Shown here piece after piece: positions 63,905-64,000 of a stretch of DNA of 64,000 nt; positions within the stretch are counted from its first letter, which is position 1; each line of letters begins with the position of its first letter. The notes under the pieces are model-generated. The model was not told the DNA's origin, did not search any database, and was given only the letters and a program-made list of their open reading frames with translations. Source of the DNA: Bugula neritina. Its lineage: Eukaryota; Animalia; Bryozoa. Location: assembly GCA_964035545.1 (NCBI GenBank), contig CAXIUT010000073.1:496001-560000 (forward strand). The letters are read 5' to 3'. The translations under genes were made by a program, and so were the position numbers.

Positions 63905-64000
63905 TTGTCCACTTTTGATTTTCATGCGGCATGGAAACTTTTGTAGTTTTAAATAATGTCTCCAAATTCATCACTTGCATGTGTTTAGATACTTGATGAA
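63903..64000. repeat. Continuation of the 1341-bp satellite after the LINE insertion
   Basis: acttgtccacttttgattttcatgcggc... resumes at monomer offset 1255, exactly where the monomer was interrupted at 62940/62941. Confidence 0.98.

Noticed and set aside
1-64000. CRISPR array, retron or other prokaryotic repeat-plus-RT system
   Set aside because: There are no short repeats with unique spacers and no operon structure. The RT fragment is a eukaryotic LINE type inserted secondarily.

Overview
The window is almost entirely one head-to-tail macrosatellite from a eukaryotic, probably animal, genome: about 47 copies of a 1341-bp monomer (~36% GC by hand count, CpG-depleted). The monomers differ only by substitutions (~3% between the two main types) and show no length variation. 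Diagnostic SNPs reveal layered higher-order repeats (HORs): a 4-mer (5364 bp) built on an A/B dimer at ~6.7-26 kb, a mosaic recombinant zone at ~26-43 kb, and a different 4-mer with 3-mer and 2-mer variants at ~43-63 kb. Near the right end a single 962-bp, 5'-truncated non-LTR retrotransposon (CR1/L2/Crack group) has inserted cleanly with no real target-site duplication. It retains an unbroken RT C-terminal reading frame, a 3' stem-loop, AATAAA and an (AAAC)7 tail, and the satellite resumes in exact phase after it. The short repeated ORFs in the track are judged non-coding. Within each monomer I noticed a hammerhead-ribozyme-like core on the minus strand (stem I does not pair, so activity is doubtful), a G-quadruplex motif, three AP-1 sites, a 12-bp palindrome and a cluster of SOX-type inverted motifs. 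These functional readings are inferences, not demonstrated. I cannot name the organism or satellite family, and I cannot claim a new system from sequence alone.
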